Program-made: the position numbers and the translations under genes | The notes under the pieces: model-generated | Told to the model about the DNA's origin: nothing | The model's input: the letters and a program-made list of their open reading frames with translations, nothing else | The model's database searches: none | Part shown: positions 1-10,335 of the stretch, piece by piece | Layout: the number at the start of each line of letters is the position of its first letter | Numbering within the stretch: the first letter of the stretch is position 1 | Origin: a virus | Lineage: Duplodnaviria > Caudoviricetes | Reading direction: 5' to 3' (one strand) | Length of the DNA stretch: 61,533 nt | Virus record (IMG/VR): IMGVR_UViG_3300020436_000012 | Coordinates: 1 to 61,533 of that record

Positions 1-21
1 TTTATATAGGATAATTGAATA

Positions 22-1296
22 ATGGCACCTCCTGTAGGGATTACAGCATTTAGAGTAAGAATTACAGAACCAGAATTGCTGGATAATTATGCTGATTTTT
101 TACGTGGAGTAAAAAGAGCTGGTAAGCCTGTTGTTGGAGGAAAGAGAAAAAGCAAACTACGCGGCGAAGCAGCTCAACAAGCAATAGAAACCGAACTAGG
201 TAGGTTTGTTAAAGCAACCGTTAGAGGGGGTAACGCTCGTCTTATTCCAGATTTTGAGATTAACGCAGCAGAAATATCTACACCTTTGGCTGCAGCTCTT
301 GGGTTAGAAGACGTAACAGAAATAGAAGCAAAAGCAACTCGCGGGGGAGATAAGGGAGCGACTGTTGGACAAGCCTCTCCTTTTGCTTTTGAAGACGGAA
401 AACCCGTAGGATCACTATCTTTAACAGAAGCAATAAAAACAGCAGCAAGACAAGCTGACCCAGGAATAGATATTGAAGATAGAAGAGGGGTAATAAGAGC
501 CGCTAGAAAAGCTTTAGGAGTTGCTCCTAAATTTTTTGATTTAATTAAGGAAAATGATCCCGATTTATTTATGCGGTTTTATCGTAAAGCAAAACTTCTA
601 CAAATCTCTAAGTTTACAAAAAGTAAAAATGGAAATGCTCTTACGTCGGTTGATGTAATAAATATATCATTTCCTTTAAATAAATTTACTGCTCCCCAAC
701 CTTTCACTATGGAAATAACCGATCCCGCCGCTCTTGTTTTAAAATTAACCGAATCTTTTGAAAAACAGTTAATTAATAGTTTATTAGATACTGCTCCAGC
801 AATAGCAACAAGTTCAACAGAAGATTTTGTGGATCAACTACAAGCATTACCAGGTAAAGCAAAAGTAAGAGGTACAGCAGCAGGTGTTGAATTTGACATG
901 ATAATGGAATACCCATCAGGTGCTAGTATTCCGATGACAACAGGTAGAGTTAGGGGGTCACGTAAGCGTAAAGGTAAAAGACAAAGAGCTATGCAACCCA
1001 CTATCACTAGTGCGCAACTTACTGCTTCAGTGCAACGATCTTTGTTTGCTCGTATGCCAAAAGGACCTGCAAAAGGACCTCCTTTAAGTGAAGAAATTTT
1101 AACTAACAGAACTGGACGATTTGTTAAAAGTGTTTTTACTCAAATTAGAGGAAACTTAATTAGGTATTATTATAATCCTATTTATCAAGTTCACGAAGAC
1201 ACTGGAAGAGCACCTAGTGATACGATAGAGGGCAGTATAAGAAATATAACACAAAGACAGGTCGGGAGACAATTTAACATTCTGAAAGGATTTTGA
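22..1296 (+). CDS. Tail completion/neck protein (T5 p143-like), N-terminally extended
   Basis: C-terminal LTNRTGRFVKSV...YYYNPIYQVHE...PSDTIEGSIR resembles T5-like tail completion proteins; lies directly upstream of terminator and tube genes. Confidence 0.65.
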   Translation: MAPPVGITAFRVRITEPELLDNYADFLRGVKRAGKPVVGGKRKSKLRGEAAQQAIETELGRFVKATVRGGNARLIPDFEINAAEISTPLAAALGLEDVTEIEAKATRGGDKGATVGQASPFAFEDGKPVGSLSLTEAIKTAARQADPGIDIEDRRGVIRAARKALGVAPKFFDLIKENDPDLFMRFYRKAKLLQISKFTKSKNGNALTSVDVINISFPLNKFTAPQPFTMEITDPAALVLKLTESFEKQLINSLLDTAPAIATSSTEDFVDQLQALPGKAKVRGTAAGVEFDMIMEYPSGASIPMTTGRVRGSRKRKGKRQRAMQPTITSAQLTASVQRSLFARMPKGPAKGPPLSEEILTNRTGRFVKSVFTQIRGNLIRYYYNPIYQVHEDTGRAPSDTIEGSIRNITQRQVGRQFNILKGF

Positions 1297-1328
1297 TTAC
1301 ATTTTTATTGGATGTAAAAAAATAAGGA

Positions 1329-1357
1329 TTGCAGATACTAGTAGGGTCTGTTATACT
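1329..1357 (+). promoter_or_regulatory. Sigma70-like promoter for the tail operon
   Basis: TTGCAG-17 nt-TATACT with extended TG and A-rich upstream tract, in the intergenic gap. Confidence 0.6.
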
Positions 1358-1382
1358 CAATAATAGACTAGGGAAAAAATAA

Positions 1383-1835
1383 ATGGCAAATAGTCGAAGA
1401 AGAGAAATCGTAAATTTCCTTGTCACACAACTGAAGTCAATAGACAAACAAGCTTCTGGATTTGATTCAAATTATACATACAATTTCGATCTATCAAATA
1501 ACGTTTTCAGAAGATTAAAGTTTATAGATGAGGTTAATGATTTTCCGTCTTTATACGTAACTGCGGGAATTGAGACTAGAAATTATAATACCCAAAGTTT
1601 TACTACAGCAAATCTTCCTTTAGTTATTCGTTGTTATGTAAAACAAGAAGAGTCTCAAGATGGTCTGGAAAATATAATTGATGATGTGGAACACGTTATA
1701 TATGGTATAGGATCACAGGCTGATAAAGGAATTTTACAACTCGATATTACCAGTATATCAACAGACGAAGGATTATTAGAGCCTTACGGTATCGGAGAAG
1801 TTAATCTAACTGTTATATACGAATTAGAAGAATAA
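1383..1835 (+). CDS. Tail terminator protein (T5 p142-like)
   Basis: 150 aa, RRLKFIDEVNDFPSL and SISTDEGLLEPYGIGE motifs, immediately upstream of tube gene. Confidence 0.75.
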   Translation: MANSRRREIVNFLVTQLKSIDKQASGFDSNYTYNFDLSNNVFRRLKFIDEVNDFPSLYVTAGIETRNYNTQSFTTANLPLVIRCYVKQEESQDGLENIIDDVEHVIYGIGSQADKGILQLDITSISTDEGLLEPYGIGEVNLTVIYELEE

Positions 1836-1852
1836 TTAAAGGAGCTTAAAAA

Positions 1853-3160
1853 ATGGCTGCATCGCTAAATTTACAAAGAAATACAAAAGTTTTTTACTCC
1901 ACCGTCGATCTTAACGGTGGGGCTGCGGCTACTGCAATGAGTCCCGCTAATACCTACGAAGTAGAAGTTTTAGCAGGATTTGCTTTTAGTCAGTCTGCAG
2001 CGACTCAAGACATTACATCGCTCGAAAGTGGTTTAACACCGGATCGTTCTACACAGAGGTTCAATACAGCTATTAACCCGGTTGATTGGAATTTCCAGTG
2101 TTATTTAAAACCCACACGAGCCACTGGAGTAACAGGAGCCGCAACTACCAACCAGCACGAAAGTGGTAACGCATTACCAGTCGCTGACTGGTTCTTATGG
2201 CAAGCACTGTTAAGTGCTACGTCCCCCGCTACAGGCACACAATTACAAAGTGCTTGGCAAGGAACTGCCGCAACTACCATTTCAAAATGGGAGAACCGTA
2301 ATCGTGCTGCTTCTGCAAACGTTGCTGCTTGTAATCCAAACTTTGCTACTGCAACAGAAAACCATCTTTATATGAAAGTCGATAACGTTGTTTATCAGTT
2401 GGCTAACGCCGCTGTTAACCAAGTGTCTATTGATGCCGCTATCGATGGAATTGCTACCTCAACTTGGACTGGTTTTGCTACCAACCTTGTAGAGCTTACA
2501 GGAGCACCAAGAAACGTTGCTATTAACGTCTTCGGGGGTGTTCTAAACAACGGTACTACTGTTGGTGCCGCATCTTCAATTGATATTTTTAAGACTAACG
2601 GTTCTACAGTAAATACCTCTAAGTTCCATCCTTGGAACTCTTACAATGTTGCAAGTACAGCTACTAGCGCAGAGTTTATTAAAAACCGTTTATCTACAAT
2701 TGATATTGTAGATGGGTCTGGAGGTACAGATCCTGCTAAACACACCTTCCCCGTTACTGGACTAACATTCGATATTAATAATAACATTACATATCTAACG
2801 GCGGAAGAGCTAGCTTCTCTTAACCAGCCAATCACTCAGTTTACTGGAGTTCAATCCATCTCTGGTTCGATTAGTGCTTACTTGAGAAGTGGCGGAGATG
2901 CTGCTGATAACTCAGCAACCTTCTTACGCAATATTGTTTCTAACACAGCTACTCAAACAGCTCAAGGCGCACAAGCAAACCTTAAGATTGGTGGTGCAAC
3001 AGCTCCTTACTTTGCTATTGATATGCAAGCGACTCAGTTCAGCTTCCCAACACATACTATTGAAGATGTTATTGGAATTAGTGCTGAATTCTTGGCGCAA
3101 GAAACAACAGCACAAAAAGGTGCAGGAGCAAACGTAACTTTTGTTACTCAAGCCGCGTAA
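1853..3160 (+). CDS. Major tail tube protein (T5 pb6-like)
   Basis: N-terminus SLNLQRNTKVFYSTV...QRFNTAINPVDWNF matches the T5 pb6 pattern; AAGGAG RBS. Confidence 0.85.
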   Translation: MAASLNLQRNTKVFYSTVDLNGGAAATAMSPANTYEVEVLAGFAFSQSAATQDITSLESGLTPDRSTQRFNTAINPVDWNFQCYLKPTRATGVTGAATTNQHESGNALPVADWFLWQALLSATSPATGTQLQSAWQGTAATTISKWENRNRAASANVAACNPNFATATENHLYMKVDNVVYQLANAAVNQVSIDAAIDGIATSTWTGFATNLVELTGAPRNVAINVFGGVLNNGTTVGAASSIDIFKTNGSTVNTSKFHPWNSYNVASTATSAEFIKNRLSTIDIVDGSGGTDPAKHTFPVTGLTFDINNNITYLTAEELASLNQPITQFTGVQSISGSISAYLRSGGDAADNSATFLRNIVSNTATQTAQGAQANLKIGGATAPYFAIDMQATQFSFPTHTIEDVIGISAEFLAQETTAQKGAGANVTFVTQAA

Positions 3161-3200
3161 TAAAATAATTTCTAAAGAGGGGTTAGAAAAAAATTCATGT

Positions 3201-3279
3201 GGGTGTTCATCGTGTTAACAATGTATCTAGCTTATCCCCTCGGCTGGATTCAAGTTGAAATCGGTGGACACCCTTTTTA
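3201..3279 (+). terminator. Long G-U-rich hairpin with U-tract (terminator/attenuator or processing site)
   Basis: GGGTGTTCATCG (3201-3212) pairs with CGGTGGACACCC (3262-3273); inner stem ATCTAGC/GCTGGAT; followed by TTTTTAT. Confidence 0.65.
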
Positions 3280-3300
3280 TTTATGAAAGGAGAGGGGAAA

Positions 3301-3771
3301 ATGAGCAAGATCGCATCCCTAATGGCAACTGAAACAGTTGTCGACGTTGAATTCCCAGATATTGAGGGATTCATAATTAGTTTAGTATATTTAAACAGAG
3401 AGGATTTGGTTAAAATTAGAAATCAAAGTCTAACTTTTAAGTTTAATAAAAGAACTCGGCAAAGAGAAGAAGAAATTGATAATGATAAGTTTCTAGCTGC
3501 TTATACAGAAAAGGCAATTAAAAACTGGAAAGGGCTTAAAGTTAAACATCTTCCGATGCTTTTACCTGTTGATATTAGTTCAATGGATTCAGAAGAGAAT
3601 ATTGAGTATTCTGTAGAAGAAGCCCGTGATTTGGTAACTAATTCTACTATTTTTGATCAGTTTATTACTGATACAATGAACGAGTTTGAACAATTTTCAA
3701 TCACTAAAAAGGAAACCGACGAAAAAAACTCACAAACTACCTCCGTAGCCAGTTCCAAAACGGGGGGATGA
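3301..3771 (+). CDS. Tail assembly chaperone (G-like)
   Basis: Between tube and tape measure genes; start moved to ATG 3301 behind GGAGAGGGG RBS; slippery heptamer near the end. Confidence 0.8.
   Translation: MSKIASLMATETVVDVEFPDIEGFIISLVYLNREDLVKIRNQSLTFKFNKRTRQREEEIDNDKFLAAYTEKAIKNWKGLKVKHLPMLLPVDISSMDSEENIEYSVEEARDLVTNSTIFDQFITDTMNEFEQFSITKKETDEKNSQTTSVASSKTGG
3723..3729 (+). other. Programmed -1 ribosomal frameshift site A AAA AAC
   Basis: In-frame X XXY YYZ heptamer; the -1 frame reads KLTNYLRSQFQNGG with no stop into ORF 3768-4082. Confidence 0.75.
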
Positions 3772-4082
3772 GCCAAGAGCAGTATCTCTTAATGTGCGAA
3801 CAAATGGGTTGGGAACCCAATCCAGAAGAGATGCCGCTAGAACCAAAAGATTTATCTTATGAAGCACAAGTTGCTTTAACTTTGTTTCAAGTGCTACCTG
3901 ATAAGATAGAAGGCATGAATGGAGTTTGGTTAGGAAAAGATTTTGCCGGTCTTGGAGACATTATGGAACTATATGGAATTGAAGGTAATAGAGATGCCTT
4001 TAATTTACTTTTGCATATAATAGCAGAAGCTTCTAAATTCTACGAACAACAACGCAAAGTTCAACAAGCGAGAAAAGGTTAA
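3768..4082 (+). CDS. Tail assembly chaperone C-terminal part (T of the G-T fusion)
   Basis: -1 frame relative to preceding gene; abuts tape measure start. Confidence 0.75.
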   Translation: MSQEQYLLMCEQMGWEPNPEEMPLEPKDLSYEAQVALTLFQVLPDKIEGMNGVWLGKDFAGLGDIMELYGIEGNRDAFNLLLHIIAEASKFYEQQRKVQQARKG

Positions 4083-7000
4083 TGGCGAAAAAAACCAAAG
4101 TACAGATTGCAGTCGAGACTACAGGAAGTAAAAAAGCAGCCAAAGAGATAGAATCTGTTGGCCGCCAACAAACTCGTCTGGGTCAAGCTAGCGCTTCTGC
4201 TGGTAGAGAATTCTCTGCTCAAGCATCAGGTTTAGGCGGTCTTGTTTCTGCATATGCGGGAGCGGCTGCTACTATCTTTGCTCTTTCCGCAGCTTTTGAC
4301 GCCTTAAATAGAGCAGCAAGAGCTGAACAAACTCTTGCCGGAGTTAACGCTTTAGCTGCAGGTATCGGGGAAAGCGGCCCTGAAGTTCTAAGCATGATTC
4401 AAAGAATCACTAAAGGACAGTTGTCACTAGTTCAAGCAGCGGAGCTTGCTAACTTAGCTTTGTCCTCTGGTTTTAGCACTGAACAATTAGAAGGTTTTAC
4501 GGATGTTGCTATGAGAGCTTCTAGAGCATTAGGTAGAGACTTAACAGATTCATTCCAACGCCTTGTTCGAGGTGCTGTTAAGTTAGAGCCAGAACTTTTA
4601 GACGAATTAGGTATTTTCACTAGAATTGAGCCTGCTGCAGAAGCTTATGCTGCTTCTGTGGGTAAAGTCGCGAGTCAATTATCGAGATTTGAAAAAAGAC
4701 AGGCTTTTGCTAACGCAGTTTCAGAAGAGGGTGCAAGAAAGTATGCAGATATTGATATTGAAGCAGATACTGCCGCACAATCTCTTGAAAAATTAGCTGC
4801 TACGGTTAGTGATTTGGCAACTAATATCGGTGGGGTAATAGCTAGAGCACTTGCTCCCTTTGCAGAAATATTAACTTCACCTATTGCCGCAATTGGTTTG
4901 ATGGGCGTTTTAATTAAGACAGTTTTTGGAACAGCTTTGAGAGAAGCTACTCAGCGCCTAACCTCGTTTAACGCCAACCTTAGAACCTCTACAGACAATT
5001 TACAAGATAATTTAAGTAGCACTAAACGAATAGGACAGGCTAACTTAGAATTTTCAGAAGGCATGAAAGGGGTAACACTAAACGTAGCCAGAGCGTCTGC
5101 CGCAAACGAGGCTGAATTTAAGTCTTTAACCAAAAAAGCTAAAGCTCAGACAATTACAACAGCAGAAACTCGTAGATACAATCAAATAATAGAGCAAGAA
5201 ATTGCTGCGTTGAATAGAGAAAAAGCAGCCCTAGAAAATAGCGGTAAAGCGACAGCAGCTAAGACGGCTAGAATTGGGGTTCTTGAGAGAAGAGTAAAAC
5301 AATTTACCATTGCACAAACCGCCGCAAATGCAAGACTAAAAGCGTTCGGTCCAGTAGCAAAAGCCGCAGGGGCTGCTGCTATTGGTTTTGGTAAAGCAGT
5401 GGCATCTGCTGGTAAAATTGCATTAAGAGCTTTAGGCATTATTTCAATGATTGTTACTACTTTGTCTATTCTAATTACTGTAGGCGCAACAGTTTTAGAC
5501 GCTTTTGGTTGGTTAGATATTGTAGTTGAAAAAACCCAAAAAACAGTGCGATTTCTTAAAGAGCTTCTCAGCATTACAAAAGAATTTAATCAAGCGGGAC
5601 GGGGTATTGAATCTGTCGTGGAGAATATTGATATACCGGACACATTAACAGGTAAAGGAATTAGGCCTGATGGAAGGATAGGTAAAAGAAACCGTAAAAG
5701 ATCTGCAGATTCTATCAGAGATGCAGTGGAAGAAACCGTAAAAGCTGCTCCAGCAGCAGGGTTTGCTAGCGCTGACGAGTTTGTAAAAGCTTTTGAAAAA
5801 CAACTAGGTATACGAAGCGACTCAGTAACTGCCCTAGCTAGAAAGTTGTTTAAGAAAATAGGACAAGAATCTCAAGGTACTATGCGTGGTCGTACACTTT
5901 TTGCAGAGGCCGGTGGGATGACTTTAAAAGCAGCTGACAAAGTGTTAGAGGCAAGACGAGGAGAGTTACGCGTTACAAACGATATACTTAAAAATGAGAG
6001 TTTAAGCTTACAAAAGCTAGGAGCAAGATTTGCTTCAGCAAAAGAATATAATGGATTAACAGAAGAAGATAAAGAAAGACTGGAGAAACGAGATAAAGCT
6101 CAATTAAGCATTTTACAATCTCAACAACTTCAAGTTAATTTTCTACAAGCGTTACGCAGTGGCTCCGCTACCATAGAACAGCTTGAACAAAAACGTGGAG
6201 CAATATTAGCTAAAATTAAAAACTTATTGAAAGAAGGTGGTGACACAAATAAAGAGACAGCAAAAATCCTTCAAAAAGATTTAGATAATTTAAATGAAAA
6301 TGCAGAGGTTCAGATTGCAATTTTAAAAACAAGAAAACAAATTCAAGAAACTTTCTCTGCCCAAATTAAAGCCGCCGATCAACTTGGTAAAATGAATATT
6401 TTAACCTTAGAGGGTGATAAAGCCTCTTTTAAGATAGCAGTAAGCAAAAAAGAGCAGTCAGCTGCGCAACTAACAAATTTACAACAGCAATTTGCTGCAG
6501 GTAAAGAGTTTTTAGATGTTGAAAGAGGACGTAGAGATATAGGCAGAGAACTTACGGATATTGAAAAACAACGAGCTGCTTTAGCTCGTACAGCAGAGTT
6601 AGCTATTGTAGGACAATTCCAAGCTATTGTAGAACAAAGTCAAAAACTAAAAGATAATTTAGACAAACAAACTTTGGCATATAAAAATCAAATTACTCTT
6701 TTAAAACAACAAAATGCTTTACAGTCAGCAGATCGGTCGCTTAAACTAAGTGAACAAAGACTTAAAACAGAGCAAAAATCTCTTGCGAATAGTGTAAAAA
6801 CTCTTCAAGTTGAGAGAGCTTTGGCTAAGGCACGAGCGGAAGGAGCTGATTTAGATAGGCAGGGACGCAATAAGAGAGCAACTGATATTGCGGCTGAGTT
6901 TGGTGATTTGTTAAGTCCACAAAGACAGAGAGCACTAGAACTTAGAATCGCTAGGAGTGATTTAGAAGCTTTACGGAAGACAGTAGAAGCCCAAAAAGCT

Positions 7001-8698
7001 ACTATAAGAGATAGAGCAGCACTAGAAAAAACTTCTCTCGAAAAACAACAGAAAGAATTACAAGCACAATTAGGTGGAGAAGGGGGTGGCTTAATAGCAA
7101 AAAGATTTGCTGCGCAAAGAGCTCTTGATCTAGCAAAAATTAAAGCTGATCAGGAAACCCGAGAATTAACGGCTAACCAGCTTGAAGCACAGGTAAAATT
7201 ACTTGATAAGCAACTAGACGGTTTCAGAGGACACGTTGAAGGGTTAGCCCGTATTTTGGCAGCTGACAGAATTGAAAGACAGCTTATGATGTCAAAACCA
7301 GGCGAGTTTGCGCAAGGGGGTAGAACTGTTGCACAAGAAAGAAAGTTTAGACTTGATCAACAAATGGAAGGCGTTGCAACAGAGATAAATAACATAATAG
7401 CGAAGATTGGTGGTCAAGGAGGTGGACTTACTAACCTTCTTAATACTATTAGGACCCGATCAGACGAGATTTTTAAACTACAACAAAAGAATGTTGGGGG
7501 TAAAACGGATGCTGCTGAGGCTGACGCACGTCTCAAAGCACAAGAAGCTCTCAATGACATACTTGAGAAAATAAAAAATAACGCAACCATCACAGCCACT
7601 GAAATTCAAAAATTAGATAATAAACTCAAAGAAGCTGGAATTAGCACCGCAAACTTAGCGGCTAAATTTGCAGATGCGGATAACGAAATGTTGCAAATTG
7701 CTAAAGATGTTGCTTCCTCTTTATCTGGTGGAATTGCTCAAGGACTACGAGATTTAAATGATGCCTTACTAGAGGGCACACTAACAATGGAGAACTTTAA
7801 AGAAGGATTTAAAGAAACCTTTATAAATATTGCAAAAGATATTCAAGGAAAAATATTTGAAAGAACTGTAGTCAAACCTGTAGAAAGCTTTATCAATGAA
7901 AAAGTGTTAGGAGCTTTTGGTTTTGCTCCAGATAAAAAGATTGAAGATGCTTTGGTTACCTCTACTGGCGGAACAGCCATGCTAGTAACTATGGCTCCGA
8001 GCGCTACATCTGTTGATCCTACTGAAATACTTAAAAAGCAATGTGATGCTGCCTCAGTAAAAGTTGATAATTTAGGAACGTCTTCAGACACAGGAGGAAA
8101 CTTCTTGATGGATATGTTTGGTAAAATTGGAGATGTCTTAGGTGATTTTGGAAGTGCTTTGTTAGAGGCAGGACAAGGAGTATTTGATTTTGTTGGAAGT
8201 CTATTCCAAGGGATTAGTGGTCTCGGTGGCGGTGGCGGCGGTGGCTTCTTTGGCAGCATCTTTAAAGGCTTTGGAAGCTTCTTTGGTAATATCTTTGGAG
8301 GAGGTGCAAGTGTAGCACCGACAGTAGGTGTTCCTGTTTCTCCTTCTATTCTACCTCCTGTTACAATGTTTGCAGCACGCGGAGGTTTAGTCAAAAGAAT
8401 GGCAGCAGGTGGGATGTTAAGAGATAGAATTCCTGCTATGTTAGAGCCAGGTGAATTTGTGATTCGTAAACCAATGGCAAAAGCTATTGGAGGGCCAGCG
8501 CTAAATGCAATGAACGCTCACGGAGCTATGGGCGGTCCTCAGAATGTAGTGGTTAACATGCATAACGAAGGAACTGCCCAAGAAACCTCAGAACAGCCTA
8601 GTGTCCAAGTTAGCCCCGAAACAATCATTGTAGATATTGTCACTAGGGATTTGAAAAACAACGGTCCAATTAGACAAGGAATTAGGAAATCACTATAA
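4082..8698 (+). CDS. Tape measure protein
   Basis: 1538 aa, Ala-rich coiled coil; T5 pb2-like N-terminus (REFSAQASGLGGLVSAYAGAAA, EPELLDELGI); C-terminal FAARGG...IPAMLEPGEFV. Confidence 0.92.
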   Translation: MAKKTKVQIAVETTGSKKAAKEIESVGRQQTRLGQASASAGREFSAQASGLGGLVSAYAGAAATIFALSAAFDALNRAARAEQTLAGVNALAAGIGESGPEVLSMIQRITKGQLSLVQAAELANLALSSGFSTEQLEGFTDVAMRASRALGRDLTDSFQRLVRGAVKLEPELLDELGIFTRIEPAAEAYAASVGKVASQLSRFEKRQAFANAVSEEGARKYADIDIEADTAAQSLEKLAATVSDLATNIGGVIARALAPFAEILTSPIAAIGLMGVLIKTVFGTALREATQRLTSFNANLRTSTDNLQDNLSSTKRIGQANLEFSEGMKGVTLNVARASAANEAEFKSLTKKAKAQTITTAETRRYNQIIEQEIAALNREKAALENSGKATAAKTARIGVLERRVKQFTIAQTAANARLKAFGPVAKAAGAAAIGFGKAVASAGKIALRALGIISMIVTTLSILITVGATVLDAFGWLDIVVEKTQKTVRFLKELLSITKEFNQAGRGIESVVENIDIPDTLTGKGIRPDGRIGKRNRKRSADSIRDAVEETVKAAPAAGFASADEFVKAFEKQLGIRSDSVTALARKLFKKIGQESQGTMRGRTLFAEAGGMTLKAADKVLEARRGELRVTNDILKNESLSLQKLGARFASAKEYNGLTEEDKERLEKRDKAQLSILQSQQLQVNFLQALRSGSATIEQLEQKRGAILAKIKNLLKEGGDTNKETAKILQKDLDNLNENAEVQIAILKTRKQIQETFSAQIKAADQLGKMNILTLEGDKASFKIAVSKKEQSAAQLTNLQQQFAAGKEFLDVERGRRDIGRELTDIEKQRAALARTAELAIVGQFQAIVEQSQKLKDNLDKQTLAYKNQITLLKQQNALQSADRSLKLSEQRLKTEQKSLANSVKTLQVERALAKARAEGADLDRQGRNKRATDIAAEFGDLLSPQRQRALELRIARSDLEALRKTVEAQKATIRDRAALEKTSLEKQQKELQAQLGGEGGGLIAKRFAAQRALDLAKIKADQETRELTANQLEAQVKLLDKQLDGFRGHVEGLARILAADRIERQLMMSKPGEFAQGGRTVAQERKFRLDQQMEGVATEINNIIAKIGGQGGGLTNLLNTIRTRSDEIFKLQQKNVGGKTDAAEADARLKAQEALNDILEKIKNNATITATEIQKLDNKLKEAGISTANLAAKFADADNEMLQIAKDVASSLSGGIAQGLRDLNDALLEGTLTMENFKEGFKETFINIAKDIQGKIFERTVVKPVESFINEKVLGAFGFAPDKKIEDALVTSTGGTAMLVTMAPSATSVDPTEILKKQCDAASVKVDNLGTSSDTGGNFLMDMFGKIGDVLGDFGSALLEAGQGVFDFVGSLFQGISGLGGGGGGGFFGSIFKGFGSFFGNIFGGGASVAPTVGVPVSPSILPPVTMFAARGGLVKRMAAGGMLRDRIPAMLEPGEFVIRKPMAKAIGGPALNAMNAHGAMGGPQNVVVNMHNEGTAQETSEQPSVQVSPETIIVDIVTRDLKNNGPIRQGIRKSL

Positions 8699-10335
8699 TG
8701 GCTACTTATCCCTCAGACGCAACAATTACAACAACTAGCTTTACCACTGTAGGTACCACTAACTATTCAAACACAGGAACTGTTAGAGAATTTAATCTAT
8801 CAACCACTGTAGAACATGTTGGTGAGGTAGTTGCGACAGTAGATGGAGTTATTCAAGATACTTCCACATATGTTACCTCTAATAGTGGTAATTCTATCAC
8901 TTTTGTGACGGCTCCAGACGCAACAGCTCTTGCTCTAAAAGTAATAACTCTTCCCTCTAGGTATAGAACAACTCGTGTTTTTCCTCAAGTTAGGTATGTA
9001 GACTATAATAACGCAGCAGCAGATATTCAAACCATAAACTCAAACGCTTACATAATCAATGGAGAAATACAAAACTTTCCTACACCTACACAAACCCAAG
9101 TTAATTCTAAAAACGATTTACTAGTAACAGTTTCTGGTGTTGAACAAACGCAAGATGCTTATGTTTTTCCCGCTTCTAACACAGAACCAGAAACTACTAC
9201 AGGCTCTATTTCACGAAATTTAGGTTCTGGCGGTATTACTATTGGACAATCTGCTGATACTATCTTGTTGTTAAATTTTGGAAAAAACTTCACTGATGAA
9301 AGTATCAAAGCTAGAGGAGCTGCTACAGTTTCTGGAGTAACACTAAGTAGTACTAAAAAGTATGGAAACTCTGCGGCTGCTTTTAACGCGGGAACTGACG
9401 TTATTAGTTTTACAGACAGTGATGATTTTTCTTACACAGGCTCTTTTAGTATAGAATGTTTCGCGAGGTTTGAAGACGCAAGTGCGGCTAACACTATATT
9501 TTCTCATCGCACAGATGATAATAACTTTGTTAAACTAAGTAGAATGGCTAATAATAAAATTCAGTGGACCGTAAAAGAAAGTGGCTCAACAGTTGCAGAT
9601 TTACAAGGTGGATCTATTAGTGCTGATACATTTGTTCATGTAGCTATTACTCACGACAGAAGTGAAGCACACTCAAGACTTTTTGTTAATGGGACAATGG
9701 TTCAAGAAGACAACGCCGTCAACTATTCGATAACTCCTACTGGAACTTTTGATATAGGCAGAATAAACACAACTAGTGCTGCTACTAGAGAAAATTTAAA
9801 AGGTTTCATAGACTCTTTTAGGTTTGTAAATGAGACAAGAATTTATGATAGGACTTTTGTGGTGCCTAGAACAGAACTCACTCGTATACATACTCCTTTG
9901 CAATCAAATGATACACTAGTAATAAGACATTTTGATAGTACCACTGAAACGTTTGATAGATTTACTTCTATGGCAGATAGAAAACCAGATAAAGGATTTT
10001 CAACTTCTACAGAGTTTGATGTAGTCCAGTTCACTTCTCAGGCTGGATATGAAAAACGTAGTTTAAGAAGTCGTCGTTCTAAACGTGATTTTGATATTTC
10101 ATATACTAACATATCAGGAGTGGAAAAACACGCAATTGAACAATTTTACAGGGCTAGAAATGGCGCATTTGAAACTTTCACTTTTGACTTGACACACATC
10201 AATGAAATTGGTAATATACAAGCAAGGTTTGATGGTCCTTTAGGAATTACTCACGTATTTTCTGATGCTTCAAATACTAGTCTACAAAATAATTATTACA
10301 CAGTGAAGTTTAATTTAAAAGAGGTTTACGACTGA
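8698..10335 (+). CDS. Distal tail protein (lambda gpM/DUF2460-like C-terminus) with LamG-like insert
   Basis: C-terminal QAGYEKRSLR...EQFYRARNGAFETFTF; central FSIECF...FVHVAIT...RLFVNG...GFIDSFRF LamG signature. Confidence 0.7.
   Translation: MATYPSDATITTTSFTTVGTTNYSNTGTVREFNLSTTVEHVGEVVATVDGVIQDTSTYVTSNSGNSITFVTAPDATALALKVITLPSRYRTTRVFPQVRYVDYNNAAADIQTINSNAYIINGEIQNFPTPTQTQVNSKNDLLVTVSGVEQTQDAYVFPASNTEPETTTGSISRNLGSGGITIGQSADTILLLNFGKNFTDESIKARGAATVSGVTLSSTKKYGNSAAAFNAGTDVISFTDSDDFSYTGSFSIECFARFEDASAANTIFSHRTDDNNFVKLSRMANNKIQWTVKESGSTVADLQGGSISADTFVHVAITHDRSEAHSRLFVNGTMVQEDNAVNYSITPTGTFDIGRINTTSAATRENLKGFIDSFRFVNETRIYDRTFVVPRTELTRIHTPLQSNDTLVIRHFDSTTETFDRFTSMADRKPDKGFSTSTEFDVVQFTSQAGYEKRSLRSRRSKRDFDISYTNISGVEKHAIEQFYRARNGAFETFTFDLTHINEIGNIQARFDGPLGITHVFSDASNTSLQNNYYTVKFNLKEVYD
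10189..10217 (+). promoter_or_regulatory. Gene-internal sigma70-like promoter upstream of the gpL-J block
   Basis: TTGACA-17 nt-TAATAT with TG extension. Confidence 0.5.
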
